Made by a program: the position numbers and the translations under genes
Notes under the pieces: generated by a model
Told to the model about the DNA's origin: nothing
Seen by the model: only the letters and a program-made list of their open reading frames with translations
Databases searched by the model: none
Shown: positions 1 to 9,812 of the stretch, piece after piece
Layout: the number at the start of each line of letters is the position of its first letter
Numbering within the stretch: the first letter of the stretch is position 1
NCBI GenBank assembly: GCA_963799845.1
Contig: CAWCYI010000006.1
Coordinates: forward strand, 544,001 to 608,000
Length of the DNA stretch: 64,000 nucleotides
Source: an uncultured Nitrososphaerota archaeon
Lineage (GTDB): Archaea; Thermoproteota; Nitrososphaeria; Nitrososphaerales; CADDZS01
Direction of reading: 5' to 3'

Positions 1-728
1 CTCAATCTGATGGAGGAGAACGAAGTGCAGCTCGGGCTGCTCCTCAGCCCTCCAATTAGCGGCGGAATTCCCGCGCCGAACTCCAGGATCATCGAGCTCT
101 GTCAGAAGAGCAACGACAAATTATTCCCTGTTCTTACAGTTGAACCGCAGGAAGATGAAGTCTTTCTTTCGATAAAGATGGCAAAGGAGAACAAGGGTAC
201 GTCAAGGGGTTCAAGATCCGGTTGGGCTATGTTGAGGTGTTCCCCGACGATGCGGTCTATGATTCTCTCTACGATTTTGCCGAAGCTGAAAATCTTCCAG
301 TCATGTTCCACACGGGAGACACTGCTACATCGACCGGGAGCTTGAAGCACTCTCAACCCCTGACACTTGATGCGGTTGCTAACCTGAGGCCCGAACTCAA
401 AATCGTAATATGCCATTTCGGGAACCCATGGATATCAGACGTGGCGGAATTGATCTACAAGCATCCGAATGTATACGCCGATATTTCGGGACTAGTTGCC
501 GGCGAGGGAGGACCATACTCCGAGAAGTACAGCGATTCTCTCGCAACCAAACTGAGTGATGCAATCTACTTCGCTGGGGGAGCCGAGAAGGTGATCTTCG
601 GAACGGACTATCCGGTCGAGACATATTCCGCGGGGTTGAATCTCGTGCGCAAATTAAAGATTGATCCGGAAGACGTAGAGAAAATTTCCTGGAGAAATGC
701 AATGAGGGTGTTTTTCCCTGACTCTTGA
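1..728 (+). CDS. Amidohydrolase_2 family protein (5'-truncated by window; single-base frameshift near 195)
   Basis: ORF 10..345 N-part joins ORF 222..728 if one G is added in aagggtac (~195). Motifs FHTG, ICHFGNPW, NVYADISG and FGTDYP are typical of the family. Confidence 0.85.
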
Positions 729-1227
729 TCAAAATATAGAAATTTACGAGGCCGCGGATCTCGCGGACCGAGAATCTCTTTACCCGATCCTGGAGACCAG
801 TTTCGACGGATGGTACCTGAGCCACTCGAAGCGAACGCTCCGGGACATTGAGAAAGTTTTTGCAGCGAAGCTCGACGGGAAAAATGTCGGAGTAGTGATG
901 CTCAAACAGATTGATCCCAAGATTGGCTATGTGTATTACATCGCGGTCTCTTCAGAATTCAGGGGGAAGAAAATTGGCAGTCAGTTGCTCGAGTACTCGC
1001 TCACTTATTTTTCTGATCTGGGAGTTGACGTTGTCTTCGCGAGCCTCACGGTTGAACACGGGGGCGAATCTAGAGCTCTCTTTGAGTCCCACGGATTTAT
1101 CGAGACTAGCTTTGGTCAGGTCTCGAAGAAATACGGGAAACTGCACGCGATCAACATGTACAGAAAAATGCTCGTGGTGTCGGGCGAGCTCGTGGTCTAC
1201 AAAGACCTAACAAAGCGGCTCGGATGA
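718..1227 (+). CDS. GNAT family N-acetyltransferase, probable CTG start
   Basis: Frame is open from 706 with no ATG/GTG/TTG until 895, but the upstream part encodes a GNAT N-terminus. CTG at 718 lies 7 nt after SD-like GAGGGTG. Motif A is IAVSSEFRGKKIG. Confidence 0.8.
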   Translation: MTLDQNIEIYEAADLADRESLYPILETSFDGWYLSHSKRTLRDIEKVFAAKLDGKNVGVVMLKQIDPKIGYVYYIAVSSEFRGKKIGSQLLEYSLTYFSDLGVDVVFASLTVEHGGESRALFESHGFIETSFGQVSKKYGKLHAINMYRKMLVVSGELVVYKDLTKRLG

Positions 1228-1237
1228 ATTTAGGGCG

Positions 1238-1783
1238 TTACTGGAAACCAGATGTACCTGGCGTTGGATGGCATCGCATCGAGTTTGCAAGAGAGCGAAA
1301 TATCGTCGAAAGGTCATCGAATTCATCCGCATCTCGCTGCATGCTGTATATCACGTAGTACCTTGATGACTCTGGACAGTGGAAATGGATAGACCATATG
1401 TCCCTCTGGGATACTCCGCGAGACATCATCCCCCTCTGAATCTTGGCGTTTACGTGGGAGAGCAACGCTTTGTGCCCACCGATTTGAAGCTCGTTAAGAT
1501 CTGAGACCTCTATTGAACGAACGTCCGGTCCCTTCTTTACACGCTGTATACCATAGTCGCGATGAGCTTCCAGAGTCTTGAATCTCTTCAGTGCCTCGTC
1601 CAGAGGTCCCCACGATACGAAGAAACGGTTTCCTTGAGGGCTCTGGAAGACGACGTCTGCCTTTTTTCTGGTTCCCTTCGGGTTGAACTCGAATCTCCAG
1701 TCGCCTGGAATCTCCAACTCGATTCCGTACAAGGCAAACTTTTCTTTTCCTACCTTCACGATTTCCTCTTCGGGTGATTCCAA
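1238..1783 (-). CDS. Hypothetical protein, possibly PsbP/DcrB-like fold
   Basis: 181-aa ORF with an ELEIPGDW motif and alternating beta pattern; the fold call is inference. Confidence 0.6.
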   Translation of the reverse strand: MESPEEEIVKVGKEKFALYGIELEIPGDWRFEFNPKGTRKKADVVFQSPQGNRFFVSWGPLDEALKRFKTLEAHRDYGIQRVKKGPDVRSIEVSDLNELQIGGHKALLSHVNAKIQRGMMSRGVSQRDIWSIHFHCPESSRYYVIYSMQRDADEFDDLSTIFRSLANSMRCHPTPGTSGFQ

Positions 1784-1995
1784 AAAGATCTCTTCGAACG
1801 GCTGGCATTCTTCTCTAGTTTGTATAAAGCGTTACCTTTTGCCGGCCTGATAGATTCACCAATTCCCGCAAATACTTAGGGATCAGCCAGTTTCTCTCGC
1901 GCGGACTTGTCCCCATAAGTATTTTCAGATTTCAAACTTGTCAGACTCTTGAAAGAGACTGATTAAAGTAATTGCGTTGGGGGACTTGAAATTGA

Positions 1996-2820
1996 TTAAG
2001 CGCTCGCGGGTTTGTCCTTGTCCGATGGGGGTGTTCTCTCGGTCATCGACCTGGAATCGACAACCTCGATGTCCTGCTCAGGCAGCTCGTACCACTTTAC
2101 CTTGTCTCCAACCCTCGCCCGCATCTTCCATCCGAAAGACTTTGGCTCGGCGTCAAGTTTCTTGCGAAGTTCGGCGATCTTCCCCTTGACGATAGCCTGC
2201 TGGTTAGGATCCAACGAATAAGTTGGGAGAGATGACTCGATCCTGTCGAGGTTGAGAGTTAGGGTTCTCTGGAGTCCCCAATCCTGAGAAGCAAGTTTAG
2301 CGATGTGCTTAGCATTGATTTTGTCTGGTTCATCCTTGTCCGCCAAGTCGTGGTCCATGAATAAGGCTATGACATCGCGATATTCTCTCTCCGTAATCTC
2401 GTAGACCTGCAGTTTCGTCAAGAGAAGGTCTGAGAGAGGAAGCGTTAATTTGTCAACCAGCAGGCGGTCGGTAAAATCGAGCTTGTGACTCATCTCGAAC
2501 GTATTGAGAAATATATCGACTCTCCGGTCATTTGCAATGTCGTTGAAAATCAGCCTGCTGTAACCGTTCAGTTTGTTGAAGCGATCCCTCGGGGTGTATC
2601 CCAGTTCTTCGAAGAGCTTTTCAATTTCCTTTCGCTGCTTTCTGAAACCGACAAAATCGATGTCAACGTACCTCCTGCTCAAGTTTGCTTTAACGCTGCT
2701 TGGATTTCGAAGGCGGAACGCCAAACCGCCGAGCAGCCTAAGAGTTACTTTCCGGGACTCTGCTTCTCCGACGATTCTGTTCGCTTCGACAACAACGTCT
2801 TTTTCAGGCAGAATGATCAC
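1996..2820 (-). CDS. Nucleotidyltransferase-superfamily protein
   Basis: LLGGLA...YVDIDF plus a downstream VDIF motif (pol-beta-type NTase signature). Confidence 0.75.
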   Translation of the reverse strand: MIILPEKDVVVEANRIVGEAESRKVTLRLLGGLAFRLRNPSSVKANLSRRYVDIDFVGFRKQRKEIEKLFEELGYTPRDRFNKLNGYSRLIFNDIANDRRVDIFLNTFEMSHKLDFTDRLLVDKLTLPLSDLLLTKLQVYEITEREYRDVIALFMDHDLADKDEPDKINAKHIAKLASQDWGLQRTLTLNLDRIESSLPTYSLDPNQQAIVKGKIAELRKKLDAEPKSFGWKMRARVGDKVKWYELPEQDIEVVDSRSMTERTPPSDKDKPASA

Positions 2821-3111
2821 ACTGACCGTTGGTTGCGCATTCAGGAGAAAGAAGCATATTCAACGTTTTGCCTAGTTTCGAACTTGAACACTGGGTTTAC
2901 CGGAAACTCAATGATTTGGGGACCGAATCGCAGAAGTGATTATAAAAATCGGGTCATCCGTGTCGTTAGTTTTTTCAACTAACATGAAAAAATTTGCCTC
3001 CTTTCGAGAAACCGTACATGCCATTGTCAATGCATGTACCGAATCACGAATTCTCCAAAAATTTCGGCATATCTTGATAAGGGCCGTTAGAACGAAACAG
3101 AAATAGAAGAA

Positions 3112-4167
3112 TTGAGAGAGAATACGCTTCATCGCCTACTCGAAGGAATCAGGCGATACGGGCTAGAGAATGTAAGTACTCTTTCGAAGTGGATAGACAT
3201 TCCCATTGAAACTGCCAGGTACATGATCTGGGAAGAACTTCCGAAGTACTGCATCTCCGTCGGCATCACGGTGAACCTGCCACGCATAGGGCTCGGGAGA
3301 TGGATGCTGCACTTCAGGCCAGTCGAAAGATCCTATACTCCCACGATCGAACAGTTTCTGAAGGAAGGAGCAGGCCTCATGTACCTCGGCCGAGTGATGC
3401 CAAACAACTCCAGTTTCGCAACCCTTGGTATACCGTTCGGTGAACACTACAAGCTCCGAGATCAACTTGAACACTTGAGGAACGCGAATATTATCGAGAG
3501 TTATACCCTTAACGAGATAGAATTCTTGCGAAATGTTTCCTTCAATCCCAGTTTCTACAATTTTAGAGCGCGAAAGTGGAATTTCAAATGGGAGGATGTA
3601 GAAAAGTCGAAGGAGTCGCTGCTCGCTCCAGAACCCGCGGAGGAGCAGGCACCAATAGTTGATTACAAGGATATTCTGATTCTGAAGGAACTTCAACAAA
3701 ACGTGCCCAGGACTCTATCGAAGCTCTCCAAGATCATCGATCTCGATCAGCACAATCTACGGTACCACTACAAAACGCACGTCCGTCGCGCCATCAGCGG
3801 ATACTACCTCAAACTAAATCCAAAAGAGTCGCTGGTGACCCATTCAACAATGGTTTTCATGCACGAATTTGGAAACGACAAGGCGTTCAACGAAGGGCGC
3901 TCGGTCGCGTTGAGCATCCCGTTCTCCCAGAGAGTCTGGAAAACTGAGCGATATTATTGCTGGCATGCTTCCTGTCCAGGAGAGTTTTCCAACAGTCTCC
4001 TGAAGTATGTCACGGAAAGATTTTCGAAAGTTTCGGGGAAATTGTTTGTCTTCAGCATTGACTCCGAAACGGAAAACGAAGGCATCATCCCGTACGCATT
4101 ATTCAACGACCGGAACGGTGTCTGGGATTACGAGCCGAAAGTCGCGCTGTCGGTTCTGAAGAAATGA
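3112..4167 (+). CDS. Large winged-helix/Lrp-like transcriptional regulator (two-module)
   Basis: N-terminal HTH-like segment, plus an internal AsnC-like HTH (DYKDILILKELQQNVPRTLSKLSKII). Confidence 0.65.
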   Translation: MRENTLHRLLEGIRRYGLENVSTLSKWIDIPIETARYMIWEELPKYCISVGITVNLPRIGLGRWMLHFRPVERSYTPTIEQFLKEGAGLMYLGRVMPNNSSFATLGIPFGEHYKLRDQLEHLRNANIIESYTLNEIEFLRNVSFNPSFYNFRARKWNFKWEDVEKSKESLLAPEPAEEQAPIVDYKDILILKELQQNVPRTLSKLSKIIDLDQHNLRYHYKTHVRRAISGYYLKLNPKESLVTHSTMVFMHEFGNDKAFNEGRSVALSIPFSQRVWKTERYYCWHASCPGEFSNSLLKYVTERFSKVSGKLFVFSIDSETENEGIIPYALFNDRNGVWDYEPKVALSVLKK

Positions 4168-4266
4168 GAGCCTCGTGAGTCGGCCTATAGTGCGCTATTT
4201 ATCGATTGAAAATATAGAGGCCAAGTTTAAGGTCAACGGCAAAAGGCCCCAAACTGTCCTTCGGAT

Positions 4267-4719
4267 TTGAAACAGCGTTTTCGATCAAATAATCAAAGTC
4301 GAATCGAAAGCTTCAGCCATCGATCTTCGAGACTTCCAAGCTCCGGAATATTGATTGTTGAAGAAAATCCGATTTTCTTGAAATGGTACTATGAGTGCCT
4401 ATCCCGTCTAGGTCTTCGGATCTTCGCGACCGAAAATTATCACGAAGCTGCCAATTTTTTCATCGCTTTCCGGCCGGAAATAGTCGTACTTGGGACCTGT
4501 CCGAGCGAGACTCGTCGGTTGAATTTTGCCAGCGAGATAATTCAGTTGGAGCCAGCGTGCAAACTGGTTCTCCTTTCTCCAAGAGCCGAAGATTCATGGA
4601 GAACGGAAAGAATCGGGTTCGACCTAATCCTCTCGACGAGAATTTCTCAAGAAAAATTCGTTGACGGTGTGAGAGCACTTACACACACGAAAAATTTCGT
4701 CGAGATCGTTGCTCGATAG
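4267..4719 (+). CDS. Receiver (REC)-like domain protein, degenerate pseudo-receiver
   Basis: ILIVEEN...RPEIVVLG...CKLVLLS follows CheY topology, but the phospho-Asp position is Gly. Confidence 0.6.
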   Translation: MKQRFRSNNQSRIESFSHRSSRLPSSGILIVEENPIFLKWYYECLSRLGLRIFATENYHEAANFFIAFRPEIVVLGTCPSETRRLNFASEIIQLEPACKLVLLSPRAEDSWRTERIGFDLILSTRISQEKFVDGVRALTHTKNFVEIVAR

Positions 4720-4866
4720 ATTTTTTCGTCAACTTTATCCCGATCGCGATTTCTTTTCTGTTTTTGGCAATTTTTTCTTTTTGAAATTACCAATTAATTT
4801 TTAACGACAGACGCCGGCCTTCATGGGAATCAATCGCGTTTTAGTCGAATTTTGAGATCGAGTCAC

Positions 4867-6103
4867 ATGGCCAGAGGAGATATTGTAGTGTTGGGGTCTG
4901 GGTTGATGGGGTCGTCCATTGCCATTGATCTCCTCGAAAGCAGCGCGGTCTCCAAAGTAGCTGTTGTGGATTCTAGCGGTGACCGATTGCGAGCTCTGGA
5001 GATGAGAGCGTCCAAGCTGTCGGGTCTGGACCAGACGACCGGTAGAAACCTGAAGCTCGGGGAGAAACTTCAGACAATTGAGCTGGACATCGTGAAGAAG
5101 AGGGAGGAGCTTCAGAGCCTTCTCTCAAAGTTCGAGTTGGGCGTCGGGGCTCTCCCCCACGGGATTGCGGAGGAAGCTGTGAAGACAGCGCTTGAATCTG
5201 GAATTAGTTTCGTAGATCTCATCTATTCCTGGCGACACGACAAATCATCTTCCGTGGACGCCAAAGCAAAACAGAAGGGTGTGACAATCGTCCCTGCGTG
5301 CGGCCTCGCTCCGGGTCTGACCAGCATTCTTGCAAAGTACGCGGCAGATCAGATGGAGGAGGTTGATTCCGTCAAGATCAAGGTGGGTGGAATTCCAGAG
5401 GTACCGAAACAGCCTCTCAATTACAAAGTCGTGTTTTCGATCGAGAGTGTACTTGAAGAGTATGTCAGAGACGCCCTAATCGTGAGGGATGGGAAAAAGA
5501 TAACTGTTCCGGCCCTTTCGGAAGTCGAGGAACTGACTTTCAACGAGTTTCCTGATCAGAAATTTGAAGCATTCATCACTGACGGCCTCTCGACCCTACC
5601 GGAGACGTTGAGGCGAGTAAAGACGATGGAGGAAAAGACGATTCGCTGGAAGGGACACGCAGAGCAGATTCAGACTTTTGATGGACCTCGGATTATTCTC
5701 GGAGAGGCCGGTAAATTTGAAGACCACCGGCAATAGGGTTTCTCCCCGGGCTTTGCTCTCGACGCTTCTCGACAAGAAACTCGCAATGCACCAGGGCGAC
5801 AAGGACATGACTCTGCTCCGGGTGGATGTTCAGGGCAGGAAGAAAAAGGGCGACAAATCGACCCGAATACACCGGTATGGAATGATCGACAAGTTCGATG
5901 TCACAACTCAAAGTACCTCCATGGCTAGAACTACCGCCCACCCCTGTTCGACAGTCGCTCTTATGCTCCTAGAAGGAAAGATTACCGAACGTGGCTTTAT
6001 CCCTCCCGAACTGGCGATCAAAGACGACAGGTTTGACGAATTCATCTCTAGGTTGGAGAGAAAGGGCCTCAACATCAAGGAACAGGAGTTCCTCGCTGAC
6101 TGA
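4867..6103 (+). CDS. Saccharopine dehydrogenase / lysine 6-dehydrogenase family (frameshift near 5678)
   Basis: Motifs VLGSGLMG, CGLAPG, EKTIRWKGH and SMARTT. Removing one T from acttttg joins ORFs 4852..5736 and 5678..6103. Confidence 0.85.
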
Positions 6104-6111
6104 ATTAAGGG

Positions 6112-6429
6112 ATGATTGATACGCTTCAACCTGCGGAATCCTTCAACGCGGATTGGAAACCGGGAGAGATACTTACCATAGTTCGCAAGCTTTCCTTGGG
6201 AGATAAGCGAGAGAAGATTCCGACGACTTTCGTACCCATGGCACCTGAAAAACTGGTCGTCGAGAAAAACATCGATGTGCTCGCGGGCGTGTTTCACATC
6301 ATGTGGGAAGATATGCCTCGCCGGAGGACCTATCGTCTCACAATGGAAGATTTAGTGTCGCCGGATGGGCACTACCTTGGCGCAGATCTGAGGTGTGGCA
6401 GCAGCAGAACCAGTCTGACTGAATCTTGA
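6112..6429 (+). CDS. Hypothetical protein
   Basis: 105-aa ORF 8 nt downstream of the previous gene, same strand. Confidence 0.5.
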   Translation: MIDTLQPAESFNADWKPGEILTIVRKLSLGDKREKIPTTFVPMAPEKLVVEKNIDVLAGVFHIMWEDMPRRRTYRLTMEDLVSPDGHYLGADLRCGSSRTSLTES

Positions 6430-6527
6430 TCAGATCTGTGGCTCATTTTTCATCATTCGTTTTCACTTTTCAGAATCAAAATAATTATATCGTGTGAAAA
6501 GACCGAAGTCCGCATCTTCTTCTGATT

Positions 6528-6636
6528 GCCTCGGTAGCTCAGCCTGGCCAGAGCGAAAAACTTCTGATAACCTTCAGTTGATTTGCTCAGTTGCCTTGTA
6601 AGCAATAGGTCGCGGGATCAAATCCCGCCCGAGGCT
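6528..6636 (+). tRNA. tRNA-Thr(TGT) with 34-nt non-canonical intron at position 27/28 (6557..6590)
   Basis: Acceptor GCCTCGG/CCGAGGC, D-arm GCTC/GAGC, T-arm GCGGG-ATCAAAT-CCCGC. Removing 6557..6590 gives a perfect ATTGC-CTTGTAA-GCAAT anticodon arm. GAGC/GCTC central helix with 3-nt bulges (GAA, AGT) forms a BHB-type motif. Confidence 0.93.
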
Positions 6637-6796
6637 CCTAAACCTACAGTGTACGATTCCTCATGCAAGGAAAATCATCTTTTTGGTAAACGAGACATGA
6701 TATACGCATCGAAGAAAAAATCAAGTCGACATCCGTTTTGAAACCACCTTGAGTATTCGCCAATAATGAAAGAGACCAAGTTTTAGGGGGATGAGA

Positions 6797-7009
6797 TTAC
6801 TTTCTCTTTTCCTTAAGATAAGATTTTCCATAGAATGAAATGGTAAATTTGTCTCCGACTCTGAAGACATATCCCTTTGTTATTAGTTGACTGAGTGTTG
6901 AGCTACACTCTAGTTCAGAGAATTTTGTTAATTCGCTAATTCTTGGAAGCGTAGCACTACCATAAAGATCCAAGACTTTCAAGATTTCAAGCTCGGATTC
7001 AACGTCCAA
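6797..7009 (-). CDS. Small winged-helix DNA-binding protein
   Basis: 70 aa with ELEILKVL..ATLPRISELT..LSQLITKGYV..FTISFYG wHTH pattern; divergent from KaiC. Confidence 0.75.
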   Translation of the reverse strand: MDVESELEILKVLDLYGSATLPRISELTKFSELECSSTLSQLITKGYVFRVGDKFTISFYGKSYLKEKRK

Positions 7010-7060
7010 TTTTCATTCTGTTACGAATTATCCAGTCAGAAGATAACTCGTTGGATTACA

Positions 7061-7110
7061 AAGTTTCCGAAGTGGTAGGAAGTTTACGAATCATAACAAA
7101 GTTTACGAAG
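7061..7110. promoter_or_regulatory. Three direct repeats AAGTTTMCGAA at exact 19-bp period
   Basis: Copies start at 7061, 7080 and 7099, in the divergent wHTH/KaiC intergenic region just upstream of TTAATA. Confidence 0.7.
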
Positions 7111-7137
7111 TAAGCCAATCTCTTAATACTCCAGATC

Positions 7138-8721
7138 TTGGTTCATTCATCTGAATTGCTTCATGGTTCACAGGCGGAATTAACTAAATCTCGTGAACAA
7201 GTTCCAACCGGCGTCGCTGGATTAGATGATTTGATCGAAGGAGGTCTGCCTGCTCGTAGCATGGTTGTTCTGGGAGGACGACCGGGCACGGGAAAGACCT
7301 TGTTAGCAGCGCGGTTCTTGTATGAAGGAGCAACCCATGATGAACCATCGGTTTATGTTTCATTTGCCGAGAGCAAAGCACAATTCCTGTCAAACATGGC
7401 AAAGTTTGGTTTTGATTTTCAAAAGTTAATTAATACTGGAAAGTTCGAATTTATAGATCTCACAACTGTAGCTGGAGAAGCTGTCTCTGAAGCTCTGGAC
7501 TTGATTCTAAGTCAGCTGACTGAGATGAGGGCAAAGAGGCTTGTCGTCGATTCGTTCACAGCTCTTGCTCAGGGGTTTGAAAAGGTGATAGACGCAAGGA
7601 TTGCGCTTCATGTCATTCTAGGAAGGCTTGTAAGGGAAGAAGGTTGTACCACATTGCTTCTGGTAGAGATGCCATTTGGAACAGACAAAATTGGTCTTGG
7701 TATTGAAGAGTTTGTCGCAGATGGTATTATCATGCTGGATTTCGTGAACCACAAAGGAGGACCCCAACGAACGATCAACATCAAGAAGATGCGCGGCACT
7801 CAAATCAGGCTGGATACCAGCACTTATTCGATTTCTTCGAAAGATAGTTTTCTAGTGTTCCCAGCTATCGAGCTGTCCATGAAGCAAGGTTTGGGAGACA
7901 GCAGAATTCCGACACACATTCCAGGATTTGATGAACTGATAGAGGGCGGTTTTCTCGAAAGGAGTGTCTCGGCGTTGACGGGCGTCGCGGGAACTGGAAA
8001 GACAACATTTGCACTGGAGTACATTTACAATGGAGCAAAAGACGAGGACGAGAAGGGGCTTTTCATCTCTTACGGAGAGTCGAAGGATCAGCTTGAAGTG
8101 ATCGCGCGGAAATTGAGCATGAATAAATTAGACGAGATGACTAAAGAGGGTCTCGTCACAATCGCCGGCATTATTCCGGAGAAAGCTTCAATCGAAGCGC
8201 ATGTGGTCGAAGTGCAAAGATTAATCTCCGAAACAAATGCAAAGAGAGTTGTTCTCGATGACGTAACTGGACTGCAGGCAATTTGCACAGACGACGAGTT
8301 TTACTTTTTGATGAAAAATCTAACACAGCTAGCAAAATCGAAGGGAGCGACTGTGTTGTTAACTCTCACGACGAATGAACTTGCAGGATTTTCAATTACG
8401 GGAAAGGGTCTTTCGACTGTTATGGATAACATCATTTTGATGCGATATGTTGAGGTCGAGGGTCGTATGGATAGATCGATGATTTTGCTAAAGATGCGCG
8501 GGACAATGCATGATAACACTATCAAGAAATTCAGCATACGCACGGGAGGAATTGTAATGGAAGGAAGCTTTGTAGGATACATTGGGATACTTTCCAGTTC
8601 TGCAAGAAAAAGCATCGAAAAGTTTGAAGAATCGGAAAGAGAAATAGCAAAACAAGAAAGTGATGCTAGATCAAAAAGAAGGCAAGCCTTCGACCAGAAA
8701 ATGAAAGACGAAGCCCATTAG
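7138..8721 (+). CDS. Double-domain KaiC-like (RAD55/KaiC) ATPase
   Basis: Two Walker A motifs (GRPGTGKT, GVAGTGKT) and two KMRG arginine fingers. CI has EEFVADG and CII has LSTVMDNII. Confidence 0.92.
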   Translation: MVHSSELLHGSQAELTKSREQVPTGVAGLDDLIEGGLPARSMVVLGGRPGTGKTLLAARFLYEGATHDEPSVYVSFAESKAQFLSNMAKFGFDFQKLINTGKFEFIDLTTVAGEAVSEALDLILSQLTEMRAKRLVVDSFTALAQGFEKVIDARIALHVILGRLVREEGCTTLLLVEMPFGTDKIGLGIEEFVADGIIMLDFVNHKGGPQRTINIKKMRGTQIRLDTSTYSISSKDSFLVFPAIELSMKQGLGDSRIPTHIPGFDELIEGGFLERSVSALTGVAGTGKTTFALEYIYNGAKDEDEKGLFISYGESKDQLEVIARKLSMNKLDEMTKEGLVTIAGIIPEKASIEAHVVEVQRLISETNAKRVVLDDVTGLQAICTDDEFYFLMKNLTQLAKSKGATVLLTLTTNELAGFSITGKGLSTVMDNIILMRYVEVEGRMDRSMILLKMRGTMHDNTIKKFSIRTGGIVMEGSFVGYIGILSSSARKSIEKFEESEREIAKQESDARSKRRQAFDQKMKDEAH

Positions 8722-8860
8722 TTACCAAACCGCAGGAACTCGAAAGCCTGTCAGCATAACGCCACTCTCGGGGGCAAAAATTATAGAGAGCGATGCTTGT
8801 ACGGCAATCTAAGTGCGAGTCTAGACCGTTGGTGATTTAGCCGTTCAGGAATTTAGGGTA

Positions 8861-9172
8861 ATGTATTCCGAGGCGTTAACGTATGGATTTTTGGCTTTGG
8901 GTAGACAACTTGCAAATGTGGTGAGTGATTATCTGGCAAGAAAATACGATCTGACTCCGGTTGAAACATACAAGAATCCAAAACTGATCTATGAAGCCCT
9001 CGAGAAAAGCTTAGGATATGGCTCCATTATTATTGAGACGAGGATAATAAAATCCCTATATTCACAACTTTCTTTGCCTATGGAAGGCCAGCCAAGGATA
9101 CGAATGGGTCATCCTGAAGATTTCGAGAAATACGTCTTTGAGCTTCAAGCAAAAGTTCAAGGAAGCTCTTGA
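8861..9172 (+). CDS. Small KaiC-associated protein (DUF3227-like)
   Basis: ALEKSLGYGSIIIETRIIKSLY resembles small helical proteins often encoded next to archaeal KaiC; the family call is from recall. Confidence 0.6.
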   Translation: MYSEALTYGFLALGRQLANVVSDYLARKYDLTPVETYKNPKLIYEALEKSLGYGSIIIETRIIKSLYSQLSLPMEGQPRIRMGHPEDFEKYVFELQAKVQGSS

Positions 9173-9239
9173 GATCTTGGCGAAGTCGCATTTCTACTCA
9201 ATGAGTATCAATAGGGCGTTTCTACGATGATGTAGCGTA

Positions 9240-9812
9240 TCAATTCCGTTTCGATCTTATAGCTATTATGGTGCAACCCAGCTGCGACACCTGCGTATCA
9301 GTCTGCATCTCCAGGAATGAAGATAGAATACCAGAGAGGTATTCTGACAAGAATATCGACCACTTCATTCCAAAAGAATGCCTAACGTTGATTTCAAGAT
9401 GGCCGTCATCTTCATCGATCAGTATGTTCGTCTCGCCGATGTTGGAATTAGATGATAGAGTTTCAAGAAAATCCATAACTGTCTCGAAGTTGATTTTTTG
9501 ATACCGAAATTTGAGAAAGTTATGTGCCGATACCAAAGATGAGCTTCTGGCAATTTCGATTAATCTATCTTCGCTCATCTCATCCAAAAAAGATGTGAAT
9601 ATTTCCCTATCAATTGTAAGAAATGATGTTCCTATGCCTATGTACTGGCCCCATTCAATGTGTCTACGAAGTATTTGGCTTACGAGGCTGCTCGGAGTAA
9701 TGCCGATCTTCTTAGCTTTGGTCGCTATCGCAGCATCCAAATTCTCCTCGATCTTGTACGCTCTGGTGACCTTCTTTCGTCCTTGTTTCAGACTTCCCTC
9801 GCGAAGTACCAA
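9240..9812 (-). CDS. Ribbon-helix-helix protein with V4R-like C-terminal domain
   Basis: N-terminal KVTRAYKIEENLDAAI..SLVSQILRRHIEW RHH pattern; C-terminal HSFGMKWSIFL. Confidence 0.7.
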   Translation of the reverse strand: MVLREGSLKQGRKKVTRAYKIEENLDAAIATKAKKIGITPSSLVSQILRRHIEWGQYIGIGTSFLTIDREIFTSFLDEMSEDRLIEIARSSSLVSAHNFLKFRYQKINFETVMDFLETLSSNSNIGETNILIDEDDGHLEINVRHSFGMKWSIFLSEYLSGILSSFLEMQTDTQVSQLGCTIIAIRSKRN

